This document shows positions 9,493-17,660 of a stretch of DNA of 64,000 nucleotides, in pieces. A program made the translations under genes and the position numbers. The notes under the pieces are model-generated. The model searched no databases. It was not told where the DNA came from and saw only the letters and a list, made by a program, of their open reading frames with translations. This DNA comes from an uncultured bacterium (GTDB lineage Bacteria > Fidelibacterota > Marinisomatia > Marinisomatales > TCS56), in NCBI GenBank assembly GCA_964439935.1, contig CAYTPW010000003.1, positions 16,743 to 80,742 of the forward strand, in the 5' to 3' direction. Position 1 is the first letter of the stretch, and every line of letters starts with the position of its first letter.

Positions 9493-10395
9493 GTGAGGAT
9501 TGGATTAGCGTTAGGTGGAGGAGGCGCCCGGGGAGCTGCTCATATTGGCGTATTGCAGGTGTTGCAAGATCATGGTCTGCAATTCGATCATATTGCCGGC
9601 AGCAGCGCCGGTGCTACCATCGGTGCCATGTATGCAGCAACTCGCGACGCGTACTGGATCGAAAAGCATTTTTATCGGTTTTTGGACAGTGATGTCTTCC
9701 GGGCGCTGGGTACTGATCGGATGTCGGAAGACCATGACCCTGACTCAGTCTTCAGTCAATTCGCCAGTTCAATCAGAGATCAGGTTGTAATCATGATGGC
9801 GCGTAACCGCAAATCGATTATCCGCCGTGAGAAACTGGAACGCTGCATCAAATACCTGTTACCGGTACCAACATTTGAAGAGCTCTCGATCCCATTGGAA
9901 GTGGTTTCAGCTGATTTGCAGACCGGACAGCCGGTAATTTATAATTCCGGTGATCTGGTTGAAGCTGTGACCCAATCGTCTTCAATTCCTGGTTTCGTGC
10001 CGCCACTCCAGAAGGATGATCAATTACTGGTTGACGGAGGTATTATATCCCCGACTCCCGTAGACTATCTACGCCGCCATGTCGATTTTGCGATTGCCTG
10101 CGATATATCCAAAAGAATTGCGGAACCTTTGCGGAAAATGGATATTATTTCTATCAGCATGCGGTCTGAACAGGTAACCACATTAACCCTGAATCAGCAG
10201 CTTTTATCACAGGCTGATTATGTAATTCGCCCGGAGGTGCTTGGCCTGCACTGGTCGCGTTTTGATACTTTTGAGCGCCTGATCCAGAATGGTCGTGAAA
10301 CAGCCGAAAAAATATTCGAAGATCTGGTTCAAGAAATCAAACGGCACAAACGTTGGAGTTATAAACTAAAACGATGGCTGAAAGTGCGATTATAA
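9493..10395 (+). CDS. patatin-like phospholipase (RssA-like, soluble)
   Basis: GTG start. Oxyanion GGGGARG, nucleophile GSSAG and catalytic Asp in VDGG. Confidence 0.85.
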   Translation: MRIGLALGGGGARGAAHIGVLQVLQDHGLQFDHIAGSSAGATIGAMYAATRDAYWIEKHFYRFLDSDVFRALGTDRMSEDHDPDSVFSQFASSIRDQVVIMMARNRKSIIRREKLERCIKYLLPVPTFEELSIPLEVVSADLQTGQPVIYNSGDLVEAVTQSSSIPGFVPPLQKDDQLLVDGGIISPTPVDYLRRHVDFAIACDISKRIAEPLRKMDIISISMRSEQVTTLTLNQQLLSQADYVIRPEVLGLHWSRFDTFERLIQNGRETAEKIFEDLVQEIKRHKRWSYKLKRWLKVRL

Positions 10396-10437
10396 GTGTT
10401 ACCTTCTTAACCTGTCTGCATCAAAAGAAATTAAATA

Positions 10438-12309
10438 ATGCTAAAATACAGTAAATATCTGATCCTGACATTGCTGGTCTTTCCCCTGGCTCTTTTTGCC
10501 CAGCCTACCAATCCAGCTAATCCATCGGTTGGCGTCCCTGAACCGGCGCGCGCCGGTGAGGTTGTTGATCTGGAGGTTACTGTCACAATGGATGAAAAAT
10601 GGCACATCTACGCTGTTCACGACGTATCCGGTGGACCGATTGCAACATCGATAAAAATCAGTGGCAATGCTGTGGACCGGCAGGGAGTGGTAGAGGAACC
10701 GCGGCCAACGGTGAAATTCGATGAGGGTTTCCAGGTTAAAACCAGATACCATCAGGGAACGGTAACCTTTATTGCCCCTGTTCTGTTAAAAAACGATCTG
10801 ATGTCTGGATCCGCCGAACTTGAAGTTTCGGTACTTTATCAGGCCTGTGATGCTGCGGTATGTTATCCACCGGTTGAAGAAAAAATTCTGGTACCCATAA
10901 CTATTGAGTCAGGCAGTCCTCGTGAGGACCGTAGCCAACTGGCAGCGGCAATAGCTATCGACAGCAGTGGAAATATCGACCTTGATCGAGCTATCTCCGA
11001 AGGTTTGTTTTCATTTATTTTACTGGCTTTATCAATGGGCTTTCTGGCCTTATTGACTCCCTGTGTTTTTCCAATGATTCCAATTACAGTGTCATATTTT
11101 ACTCATCAGGGTGAAATGGAAAACCGAAATCCGGTCAAACAGGCATCGGTTTATGCAATTGGAATAATACTCACTTTTTCGATCCTGGGCTTAATACTGG
11201 CATTGACTCTGGGTGCTGCCGGGGCTAATCAGCTGGCGGCCAATCCCTGGGTGAATTTATTTATCGGTGCCCTGTTCATTTACTTTGCCCTGTCTTTATT
11301 CGGGATGTATGAAATTCAAGTACCTGAAAAATTGCGTTCCTTTACTTTGAAGCAGGAAGGTCGTTCGGGTTACGTTGGAACCCTGTTTATGGCCTTAACC
11401 TTCACCTTGACCTCCTTTACCTGCACCGTTCAGTTTGTCGGTTTGCTGCTGGTAGCGGCAGCTCAAGGACAATGGTTCTGGCCATCAATCGGAATGCTGG
11501 TTTTCAGTGCCGCCTTTGCACTACCGTTCTTCTTCCTGGCCCTGTTTCCCCAATATCTGGCCAAATTACCCCAATCCGGCGGCTGGTTGAATTCCGTTAA
11601 AGTAGTCATGGGTTTCCTGGAACTGGCGGCTGCTTTCAAATTTCTCAGCAATACAGATCTCGTCTGGCGCTGGAGTATTTTCACCCATACCACCGTATTG
11701 GCAGTATGGACAATCATTGCATTGGTCACTGGTATTTATTTGCTGGGGAAATTGAAATTACCACATGATTCGGAAGTTAGTTCGGTCGGTGTACCACGGA
11801 TGCTTTTAAGCATGTTTTTCCTGACCTTTGGGCTGTACTTGGGCACCGGTCTGCTCGGACAACCAATCCACGGATTGATCTATTCTTACCTGCCACCAAG
11901 AATTGAACAGGAAAGCCAGAGTGTCATAACTAACAATTCGATCCATGAGCAGTTTACCTGGTATAAAGATCTGGACGAAGCTCTGCTTGTGGCCCAGCGG
12001 GAACAGCGTCCGGTCTTTATCGATTTTACGGGCTATACCTGCACCAATTGCCGCTGGATGGAAGCCAATGTGTTTACCCATCCAGAAGTCCGGTCACGTT
12101 TCAGTGAATTCATTCTGGTACAATTATACACTGATGGGGGAGAAAATTATCGCGAGCATCAACAGTATGAAATTGATCGTTTTGGAACGGCATCGCTACC
12201 TTTTTACGTGGTGTTGAGTCCTGAGAATAAGGAGATTACACGCTTTCCGGGAATGTCACGCAACATTAATGACTTTATAGATTTTCTGGATATGGGATTG
12301 GCTGGTTAA
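10438..12309 (+). CDS. dsbD: thiol:disulfide interchange protein DsbD (three-domain)
   Basis: Signal peptide plus an N-terminal beta domain with YQACDAAVCYPP. Polytopic core with LTPCVFPMIP and a second TM Cys (SFTCT). C-terminal thioredoxin-like FTGYTCTNCRWME. Confidence 0.88.
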   Translation: MLKYSKYLILTLLVFPLALFAQPTNPANPSVGVPEPARAGEVVDLEVTVTMDEKWHIYAVHDVSGGPIATSIKISGNAVDRQGVVEEPRPTVKFDEGFQVKTRYHQGTVTFIAPVLLKNDLMSGSAELEVSVLYQACDAAVCYPPVEEKILVPITIESGSPREDRSQLAAAIAIDSSGNIDLDRAISEGLFSFILLALSMGFLALLTPCVFPMIPITVSYFTHQGEMENRNPVKQASVYAIGIILTFSILGLILALTLGAAGANQLAANPWVNLFIGALFIYFALSLFGMYEIQVPEKLRSFTLKQEGRSGYVGTLFMALTFTLTSFTCTVQFVGLLLVAAAQGQWFWPSIGMLVFSAAFALPFFFLALFPQYLAKLPQSGGWLNSVKVVMGFLELAAAFKFLSNTDLVWRWSIFTHTTVLAVWTIIALVTGIYLLGKLKLPHDSEVSSVGVPRMLLSMFFLTFGLYLGTGLLGQPIHGLIYSYLPPRIEQESQSVITNNSIHEQFTWYKDLDEALLVAQREQRPVFIDFTGYTCTNCRWMEANVFTHPEVRSRFSEFILVQLYTDGGENYREHQQYEIDRFGTASLPFYVVLSPENKEITRFPGMSRNINDFIDFLDMGLAG

Positions 12310-12324
12310 GTAGAAAGGACAGAT

Positions 12325-12870
12325 ATGCGAAAATATACTATTATTGGAACAATATTATTGGCTGTAATAATTGGATGCGCTCAGAAAGATACTAATCCTT
12401 CTGGTAAAGCACCGGCCCGGCCGGCTAATGCGGTCAAGGCACCGGACTTTACTCTGATGTCGGTCGATGGCCGGATTTTTTCATTCAACGACTTGAAGGG
12501 TAAAGTGGTTTTATTGAACTTCTGGGGAACCTGGTGCCCGCCCTGTCGTCGTGAAATTCCTGATTTTATTAAACTATATGATAAATATCAGGCGGATGGA
12601 CTGGAAATTGTTGGTATCACACTTTCTTCCGGGACTGTGGCCGATATTGAGAAATTTGTCCAGCACTGGAATATGAATTACAATATTTTAACAGATATTA
12701 AAAATAATGAAACCCAGGAAGTTACTGCTTTATTTAGCCGGGCGACCGGTTATCCTATTAACGGGATTCCAACCACTTTTTTAATTGATCGTGATGGGTA
12801 TATTCGAAAATCATATGTTGGACCACGATCGGAAGAGGTTTTTCTCGCTGATTTCAAACCTTTCCTATGA
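12325..12870 (+). CDS. TlpA/ResA-like periplasmic thiol-disulfide oxidoreductase, lipoprotein
   Basis: Lipobox VIIGC. Thioredoxin motif FWGTWCPPCRRE. 15 nt downstream of dsbD. Confidence 0.85.
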   Translation: MRKYTIIGTILLAVIIGCAQKDTNPSGKAPARPANAVKAPDFTLMSVDGRIFSFNDLKGKVVLLNFWGTWCPPCRREIPDFIKLYDKYQADGLEIVGITLSSGTVADIEKFVQHWNMNYNILTDIKNNETQEVTALFSRATGYPINGIPTTFLIDRDGYIRKSYVGPRSEEVFLADFKPFL

Positions 12871-12908
12871 TTTATCAGCCGCGGTGAAGAAGCGGTAAGC
12901 ATTAGATG

Positions 12909-12951
12909 GCGGGCTGGGATTAAGCGTAATTCCAGCCCGCTGTTTATTTTT
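12909..12951 (+). terminator. rho-independent terminator after tlpA-like gene
   Basis: GCGGGCTGG (12909-12917) pairs with CCAGCCCGC (12932-12940), followed by TGTTTATTTTT. Confidence 0.6.
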
Positions 12952-13140
12952 CTGGATGAACCAGGTGCTTGATACAGACCTTCATTAAATGACGTTAGTC
13001 CAACGATTATTTTTATTAACTTTTAAAAATCAAATCCGTTTCAGCAGCGCAATTTTATCTACTGGGAGCCAGAAATTATGGATTTGAACAGCGGGTGGCA
13101 AATTATCTGCCGGTAATACCAGATTGAGTGTTAAAATATA

Positions 13141-13168
13141 TTGATAAACACAGGGTAATAATTAAATT
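13141..13168 (+). promoter_or_regulatory. candidate sigma70-like promoter for the giant-gene pair
   Basis: TTGATA (13141-13146), 16-nt spacer, TAAATT (13163-13168), about 70 nt upstream of the ATG. Pattern match only. Confidence 0.25.
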
Positions 13169-13238
13169 CAGCTATCCGATTTTCGACTTCGGTCAAGGAT
13201 AACAATTCGATAGTGAACAACAGTATAGTGGAGGTTCC

Positions 13239-16200
13239 ATGTTTAAATCGAAAGCTATGGCATTAATAGTAGCATTATTTTTCATTACGTCGCTTTCTTT
13301 GGCGCAATATGATCGTGATGCGGTAATCGAGATTTTATATCCCGATAATGAAACGGTAGTTGATACGGATTTTGTCGAAGTCGATTTCTATCTGGCACCA
13401 TTTTTTGCTATCGGTGATTCCGGCTGTACTGATTGCGATGGATACATCCAAGCTTTTTTGAACGACGAGTTTTACGGTAATATAAACACTGCTTCACCAG
13501 CTCTGGTCAGTGGACTGAGTGACGGACCATATTTTCTAGAATTGGTTGTTGTGAATTCCTCCGGTGTTGGTTTTACGCCCGCCCTCGGTGATACTACTTC
13601 ATTCATGGTAGATATTTTATCGCAAGCAGACCTGTGTCCGCCACGCAATCTGGAGGTTATCGCCGGAGATGGCCGAAATTTCCTGAATTGGACACCACCG
13701 GCAGGGGGTATGAGTGGCGATATTGGTTGTGGAGATTTTCTGGTTACATCGATTCCATTTAATACCTCAGGAGTAACTACTGGAATGGGAAATGACTGGG
13801 AGTTGACTGGCAGTAATAATGACGATGTTGCTTACACTTTAAATCTGAGTGATCAAACGATCATCGATGTTACTCTCTGTGATCCGGGTTCCAACTATGA
13901 CACTAAACTTGCAATTTTTACAGGTTGTCCTGATGATGGAACAGCTGATGAGATTTATTATAATGATGATGATTTTACTTGTACAGTGAGTGGTCTTCGA
14001 TCTTCGATTTTTGGTGCCGATCTTGCTCCAGGTCAGTACTATATAGTAGTTGACGGGTTTAGTACCAGCAATGGTAGTTATGTTCTTGATATAACAGAAG
14101 TAACCACCCGCAATGAAAATGCCATTGATCTTAGAGATGCTCTCGCTAATGAAACTCATAAAATGCTAATAGAAGGCTTTTCTGAGGAAGATGTGGAAAC
14201 CTTGATTCAAGAGTATCGTGCTCTAACTTGGCGTAATTATTCCCGTGAAATTGACCCGGCCTGCGGTACCTTCCTGCATTATTCAATTGTTGACGCCAAT
14301 ACCGGAACAGAAATAACCACAGCTGATACAAATTTGTATATCCATGAGGGTCTTACCAACGATACCGAATATTGTTATGAAATAGTAGCTGTATATTCTG
14401 AAGGATCTTCTGTTGCAACTGAGGTTGTTTGCGCAACACCGGAGCTATATATTCCAGCGCCACCCACAAATCTTGCTGCTGTTGGTTACGATGAAGAAGT
14501 TTTCTTGAGCTGGACCAGCCCCGACGTGCAACAGTTGGGAATTCCCTATTCAGAGGATTTCAGTTCACAATTGGTAGAACTCTGGACCTGGGAAGGTGAA
14601 AACTGGTCTATCTATGACTTCACCGGCAATCCCCCGCCCAGCGCCCAATTCAGTTGGATCCCGTCTCAGGCTAATTACGATTTAAGCCTGTATTCACCAT
14701 TTGTGCCGCTTGATGGCTACACTGATGTAATAGTCACTTTCGATATGTATTTAGATATGTATTCAGACACCGGCGAAGAATTTCTTACAATCGAATATCT
14801 TAATGGCGGTACCTGGAATCTGCTGCGTGAATTTGTTAACACCGCTGATATCCCGTGGGCCACTTATACCGATACTCTTTCCGGTGTTAGCGGGAGTATC
14901 CGTTTGCGCTTCCGCGCTCATGGTATAGATTCATTTAACTTGAATTACTGGTACATCGACAATGTCAATATTGATGGATACGTACCAACCCGTGATATGA
15001 CGGGTTCAACTGTTTTTGCCCTTGACGAATACATCGGTGGTGCCAGACAGGTAATTAATTTTAATTTGGTCTTGACCGCTCCTGATGGGGCATACTGTGA
15101 CATGTTCGAGATTACTTTCCCAGCCGGGATAACCGTAAATGGCGCTGGACCTGAATTGCTTGGCACTGGTGGTAGCATCTATCCGCCGGAAGCTTATAAT
15201 GGAGTCAATGGGCAAACTGTTTCCTGGGGTACCGATAATAATGATCAGGCTGGTGGTATTTATGGAACATTGCCCTTCTGGGTTGATCTGACATTTGATC
15301 CGTCTGTCAGCGGTCCAGTGACCTGTGATTTCTTGTTTTCAGATGACGCCTGGGGGAATCAACCCCTTGATGCTACCGGTACGGTTGATATATTAGAGCG
15401 TACTTTTGTGGATGGGGAATTATTGGGTTACAATATTTACATTGATGGCAGTACCACACCCGATAACGATTTTACTATTGGCGATAGATTTTATACGGCT
15501 ACTGAATTGATCAATGGTGTTGAATATGATTTTGAGGTTACAGCGTCTTACTATCCGGATTATGAAAGTACACCTGCATCAGCATCGGCAACTCCGACCT
15601 GGTTATTTGGCGATATTGCAGGTGTTGTTACCGATCCGGCCGACAACCTGTTGGATAGTGCAATTGTCAGTGTCGGCGGACTCAGCGATACCACCGGGAT
15701 TGATGGGGCATATATGATTTATGGTCTGGTACCAGGTGTCCATACCGTGAATGTTTCCCGACCGGGATTCGATGGCACGGAAGCAGATGTAACCGTCATT
15801 GCCCAAGAAGCTGCTGTCGAGCATGATTTCATGATGATTCCTAAACTCGGTATCCCGATGGCAGTGGAAGCGTTTGGTGGTGATCATCTGATCGATCTGC
15901 AATGGCGAGCACCAGGGGCAATGGCACCGGGTGAGTGGATGCTTTTTCATGATGGTTCTTTCGAAAATTCCATTTCTTCAACCGATGGCGGTATGGGTCT
16001 GGCCCAATTATTCATTCCACCTGGCTATCCTGCTACGATCCAGGCTGTACGATTCCATGTATCCGAATTCGGTTCGTTTGATCAGGAAATTGAGGTTAAT
16101 GTTTTTGATGCGGTTGATGGATTCACCGTTTTGTCAGGTCCGTATTTTGTCAACGGTGTCAGCAACGACTGGATCGAAATCGATATTGATGATGCCACCA

Positions 16201-17627
16201 TAGACGCCGGCGCCTTTCTGGTTGCTACCTATAACACATTACCAGGCGGTCCCTATATCTCAATTGATGAGGACAATGATTCACACAGTCTTTTCTTTGG
16301 CAGCGCTGTCGATGGTTGGACTGATATGGCCGATTATGGTTATTTCGCTGAAGGAAGCCACGAAGCATTGATCGCTGCCTCCGGACGTTCGTTCGTAATC
16401 CGTAATAATGACACAGTCGAAGAAATCTCTGATTTCAATGCGGATCTGCCGGTTAGCTTGATCAGCAGCGCTGGTACTCATGGTCCGACAGCACCGCATC
16501 CAACTGATCTTAGCCGCACTGAATCAACTCGTGATGATAGTCTGGTTGGTTACAATGTCTATCAAATTTTTGGCCTGGTTGATTCGTTGGTAGCATCCAC
16601 CGAAAGTGGCGACACAACGGCAACGATTATGGTGGATTCTAACTATGTGGAATACTGCTTTAAGATTAAAGCAATCTGGGAAACTGATCTTTACGATACA
16701 CTGGAATCAAAACCTTCTGGTGTGGCCTGTACGGAAACATTCAAGCCTGGTGATGTTGATTTCAGCGATGATGTTTCAATTACTGACTTAACAATGGTGG
16801 TCGATTTTGTTCTGGGTCTGATGGAACCTACAGTCGAACAATTCCGCGGCAGTGATATCAACCGTGATGAGATGATCAATATCCAGGATGTTATTCTGAT
16901 GGTTGATCTGATATTTGGGACCCCGGTTGCCAGATATTCTGCTGGCGACGGCTCGGAATCAGCTACACTGAGCCTGACCGTAAATAATGGCACAATGTTG
17001 AATCTGGCTCTGTCCAGTAACGTTCCGGTTCGTGGGCTGCAGTTTACCGTGGAATCAACTGCCAGTTCAATCCAGCTTGGGAGTCCTTCGATTCTGGGTG
17101 CCAATGGTGAGTTATTATTGGCAGGGAACACCAATGCCAGTAATCAGGTGACCTATGTGATAGCCAGGATTGATGGACAGGCGCTCGATTTGCGCGGTGA
17201 AGTGCTGGCAACCATACCATTCACGGTAAAGGGACAATCAAGAGAAATGGCGGAAATCAGTCTCAATAATTCTCGATTGGCGGGATTCAACGGTGTGTCG
17301 ATTCCGGTTACGGAGCGTTCCACGGTTATCGATTTTGATGTGATGCCTTCCAGTTATGCCTTGCATCAGAATTATCCCAATCCCTTCAACCCGGAAACGG
17401 ATATTAAATTTGATTTACCGGATGCAGGTCTGGTCCAACTGGTAATCTATAATATTACCGGTCAGAAAATTCGGACACTGGTGAGCGATAATCTGGAAGC
17501 TGGATTTCACCAAATCCGGTGGAACGGCACCAATGAATATAACGAACCGGTAGCCACTGGGATGTATTTTTACCAGTTGACGGCCGGCAATTACCATGCC
17601 ACCAAGAAAATGGTAATCTTGAAGTAA
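13239..17627 (+). CDS. giant modular surface protein P1 (1462 aa), T9SS-sorted
   Basis: RBS GGAGG. Signal peptide ending SLA|QY. FN3-like modules, a PPC-like module, a MAM/jelly-roll-like module, a CarboxypepD_reg-like module, dockerin-like and cohesin-like modules, and a T9SS C-terminal domain. Paralogous to the next gene along its whole length. Confidence 0.92.
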   Translation: MFKSKAMALIVALFFITSLSLAQYDRDAVIEILYPDNETVVDTDFVEVDFYLAPFFAIGDSGCTDCDGYIQAFLNDEFYGNINTASPALVSGLSDGPYFLELVVVNSSGVGFTPALGDTTSFMVDILSQADLCPPRNLEVIAGDGRNFLNWTPPAGGMSGDIGCGDFLVTSIPFNTSGVTTGMGNDWELTGSNNDDVAYTLNLSDQTIIDVTLCDPGSNYDTKLAIFTGCPDDGTADEIYYNDDDFTCTVSGLRSSIFGADLAPGQYYIVVDGFSTSNGSYVLDITEVTTRNENAIDLRDALANETHKMLIEGFSEEDVETLIQEYRALTWRNYSREIDPACGTFLHYSIVDANTGTEITTADTNLYIHEGLTNDTEYCYEIVAVYSEGSSVATEVVCATPELYIPAPPTNLAAVGYDEEVFLSWTSPDVQQLGIPYSEDFSSQLVELWTWEGENWSIYDFTGNPPPSAQFSWIPSQANYDLSLYSPFVPLDGYTDVIVTFDMYLDMYSDTGEEFLTIEYLNGGTWNLLREFVNTADIPWATYTDTLSGVSGSIRLRFRAHGIDSFNLNYWYIDNVNIDGYVPTRDMTGSTVFALDEYIGGARQVINFNLVLTAPDGAYCDMFEITFPAGITVNGAGPELLGTGGSIYPPEAYNGVNGQTVSWGTDNNDQAGGIYGTLPFWVDLTFDPSVSGPVTCDFLFSDDAWGNQPLDATGTVDILERTFVDGELLGYNIYIDGSTTPDNDFTIGDRFYTATELINGVEYDFEVTASYYPDYESTPASASATPTWLFGDIAGVVTDPADNLLDSAIVSVGGLSDTTGIDGAYMIYGLVPGVHTVNVSRPGFDGTEADVTVIAQEAAVEHDFMMIPKLGIPMAVEAFGGDHLIDLQWRAPGAMAPGEWMLFHDGSFENSISSTDGGMGLAQLFIPPGYPATIQAVRFHVSEFGSFDQEIEVNVFDAVDGFTVLSGPYFVNGVSNDWIEIDIDDATIDAGAFLVATYNTLPGGPYISIDEDNDSHSLFFGSAVDGWTDMADYGYFAEGSHEALIAASGRSFVIRNNDTVEEISDFNADLPVSLISSAGTHGPTAPHPTDLSRTESTRDDSLVGYNVYQIFGLVDSLVASTESGDTTATIMVDSNYVEYCFKIKAIWETDLYDTLESKPSGVACTETFKPGDVDFSDDVSITDLTMVVDFVLGLMEPTVEQFRGSDINRDEMINIQDVILMVDLIFGTPVARYSAGDGSESATLSLTVNNGTMLNLALSSNVPVRGLQFTVESTASSIQLGSPSILGANGELLLAGNTNASNQVTYVIARIDGQALDLRGEVLATIPFTVKGQSREMAEISLNNSRLAGFNGVSIPVTERSTVIDFDVMPSSYALHQNYPNPFNPETDIKFDLPDAGLVQLVIYNITGQKIRTLVSDNLEAGFHQIRWNGTNEYNEPVATGMYFYQLTAGNYHATKKMVILK
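13719..14096 (+). other. P1 pre-peptidase-C-terminal (PPC)-like domain, nested in the first FN3-like module (aa approx 161-286)
   Basis: DDVAYTLNLSDQTIIDVTLCDPGSNYDTKLAIFTGC...APGQYYIVVDGFSTSNGSYVLDI. Homologous to P2 aa approx 439-563. Confidence 0.55.
14544..14978 (+). other. P1 MAM/'choice-of-anchor J'-like jelly-roll domain, nested in the second FN3-like module (aa approx 436-580)
   Basis: YSEDFSSQLVELWTWEGENWSIYDF...LYSPFVPLDGYTDVIVTFDMY...EFLTIEYLNGGTWNLL...IRLRFRAHG...WYIDNVNIDG. Confidence 0.5.
15609..15836 (+). other. P1 carboxypeptidase-regulatory-like beta-sandwich
   Basis: GDIAGVVTDPADNLLDSAIVSVGGLSDTTGIDGAYMIYGLVPGVHTVNVSRPGFDG. P2 has GDVTGVITDPNGVTLDSAVVSAGGISDTTDTDGEYLLHNLVPGTYTVNVQRPGFDG. 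Confidence 0.7.
15933..16391 (+). other. P1 copy of the highly conserved unknown domain (aa 899-1051)
   Basis: EWMLFHDGSFENSISSTDGGMGLAQLF...ATIQAVRFHVSEFGSFDQEIEVNVF...NDWIEIDIDDATIDAGAFLVATYN...DYGYFAEGSHEALIAASGRS. 126 of 153 aligned positions are identical to P2 in my hand alignment. Confidence 0.8.
16749..16919 (+). other. P1 dockerin-like module (two EF-hand-like Ca loops)
   Basis: GDVDFSDDVSITDLTMVVDFVLG...GSDINRDEMINIQDVILMVDLIFG has the duplicated D.D/N.D....I...D + hydrophobic helix pattern of type-I dockerins. Confidence 0.65.
16962..17354 (+). other. P1 cohesin-like beta-sandwich (tentative)
   Basis: ATLSLTVNNGTMLNLALSSNVPVRGLQFTVESTASSIQLGSP...GEVLATIPFTVKGQSREMAEISLNNSRL. This fits the G.QF.(L/V).Y/E...(L/I)....I.F.V pattern common to cohesin-type modules. 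Confidence 0.45.
17355..17624 (+). other. P1 T9SS C-terminal sorting domain (type A, FlgD-Ig-like)
   Basis: YALHQNYPNPFNPETDIKFDLPDAGLVQLVIYNITGQKIRTLV...HQIRWNGTNEYNEPVATGMYFYQLTAGNYHATKKMVILK. Confidence 0.88.
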
Positions 17628-17660
17628 TCTGACGCTACAAAAATTCTCTAGGAGGAATCC

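Noticed and set aside
9493-10395. Soluble patatin phospholipase as a possible CBASS-type defence effector
   Set aside because: No cyclase/nucleotidyltransferase, E1/E2 or other defence partner is adjacent. Its neighbours are cyclophilin and dsbD, consistent with a housekeeping RssA-like lipase.
16691-17134. 147-aa antisense ORF inside P1. Similar long antisense ORFs occur at 24769..25233 in ileS, 42222..42647 in the barrel gene, 50888..51370 in RND copy 2 and 33323..33673 in metH.
   Set aside because: Each overlaps a gene with strong family motifs on the other strand. None has an RBS or a recognisable domain. I treated them as frame shadows.
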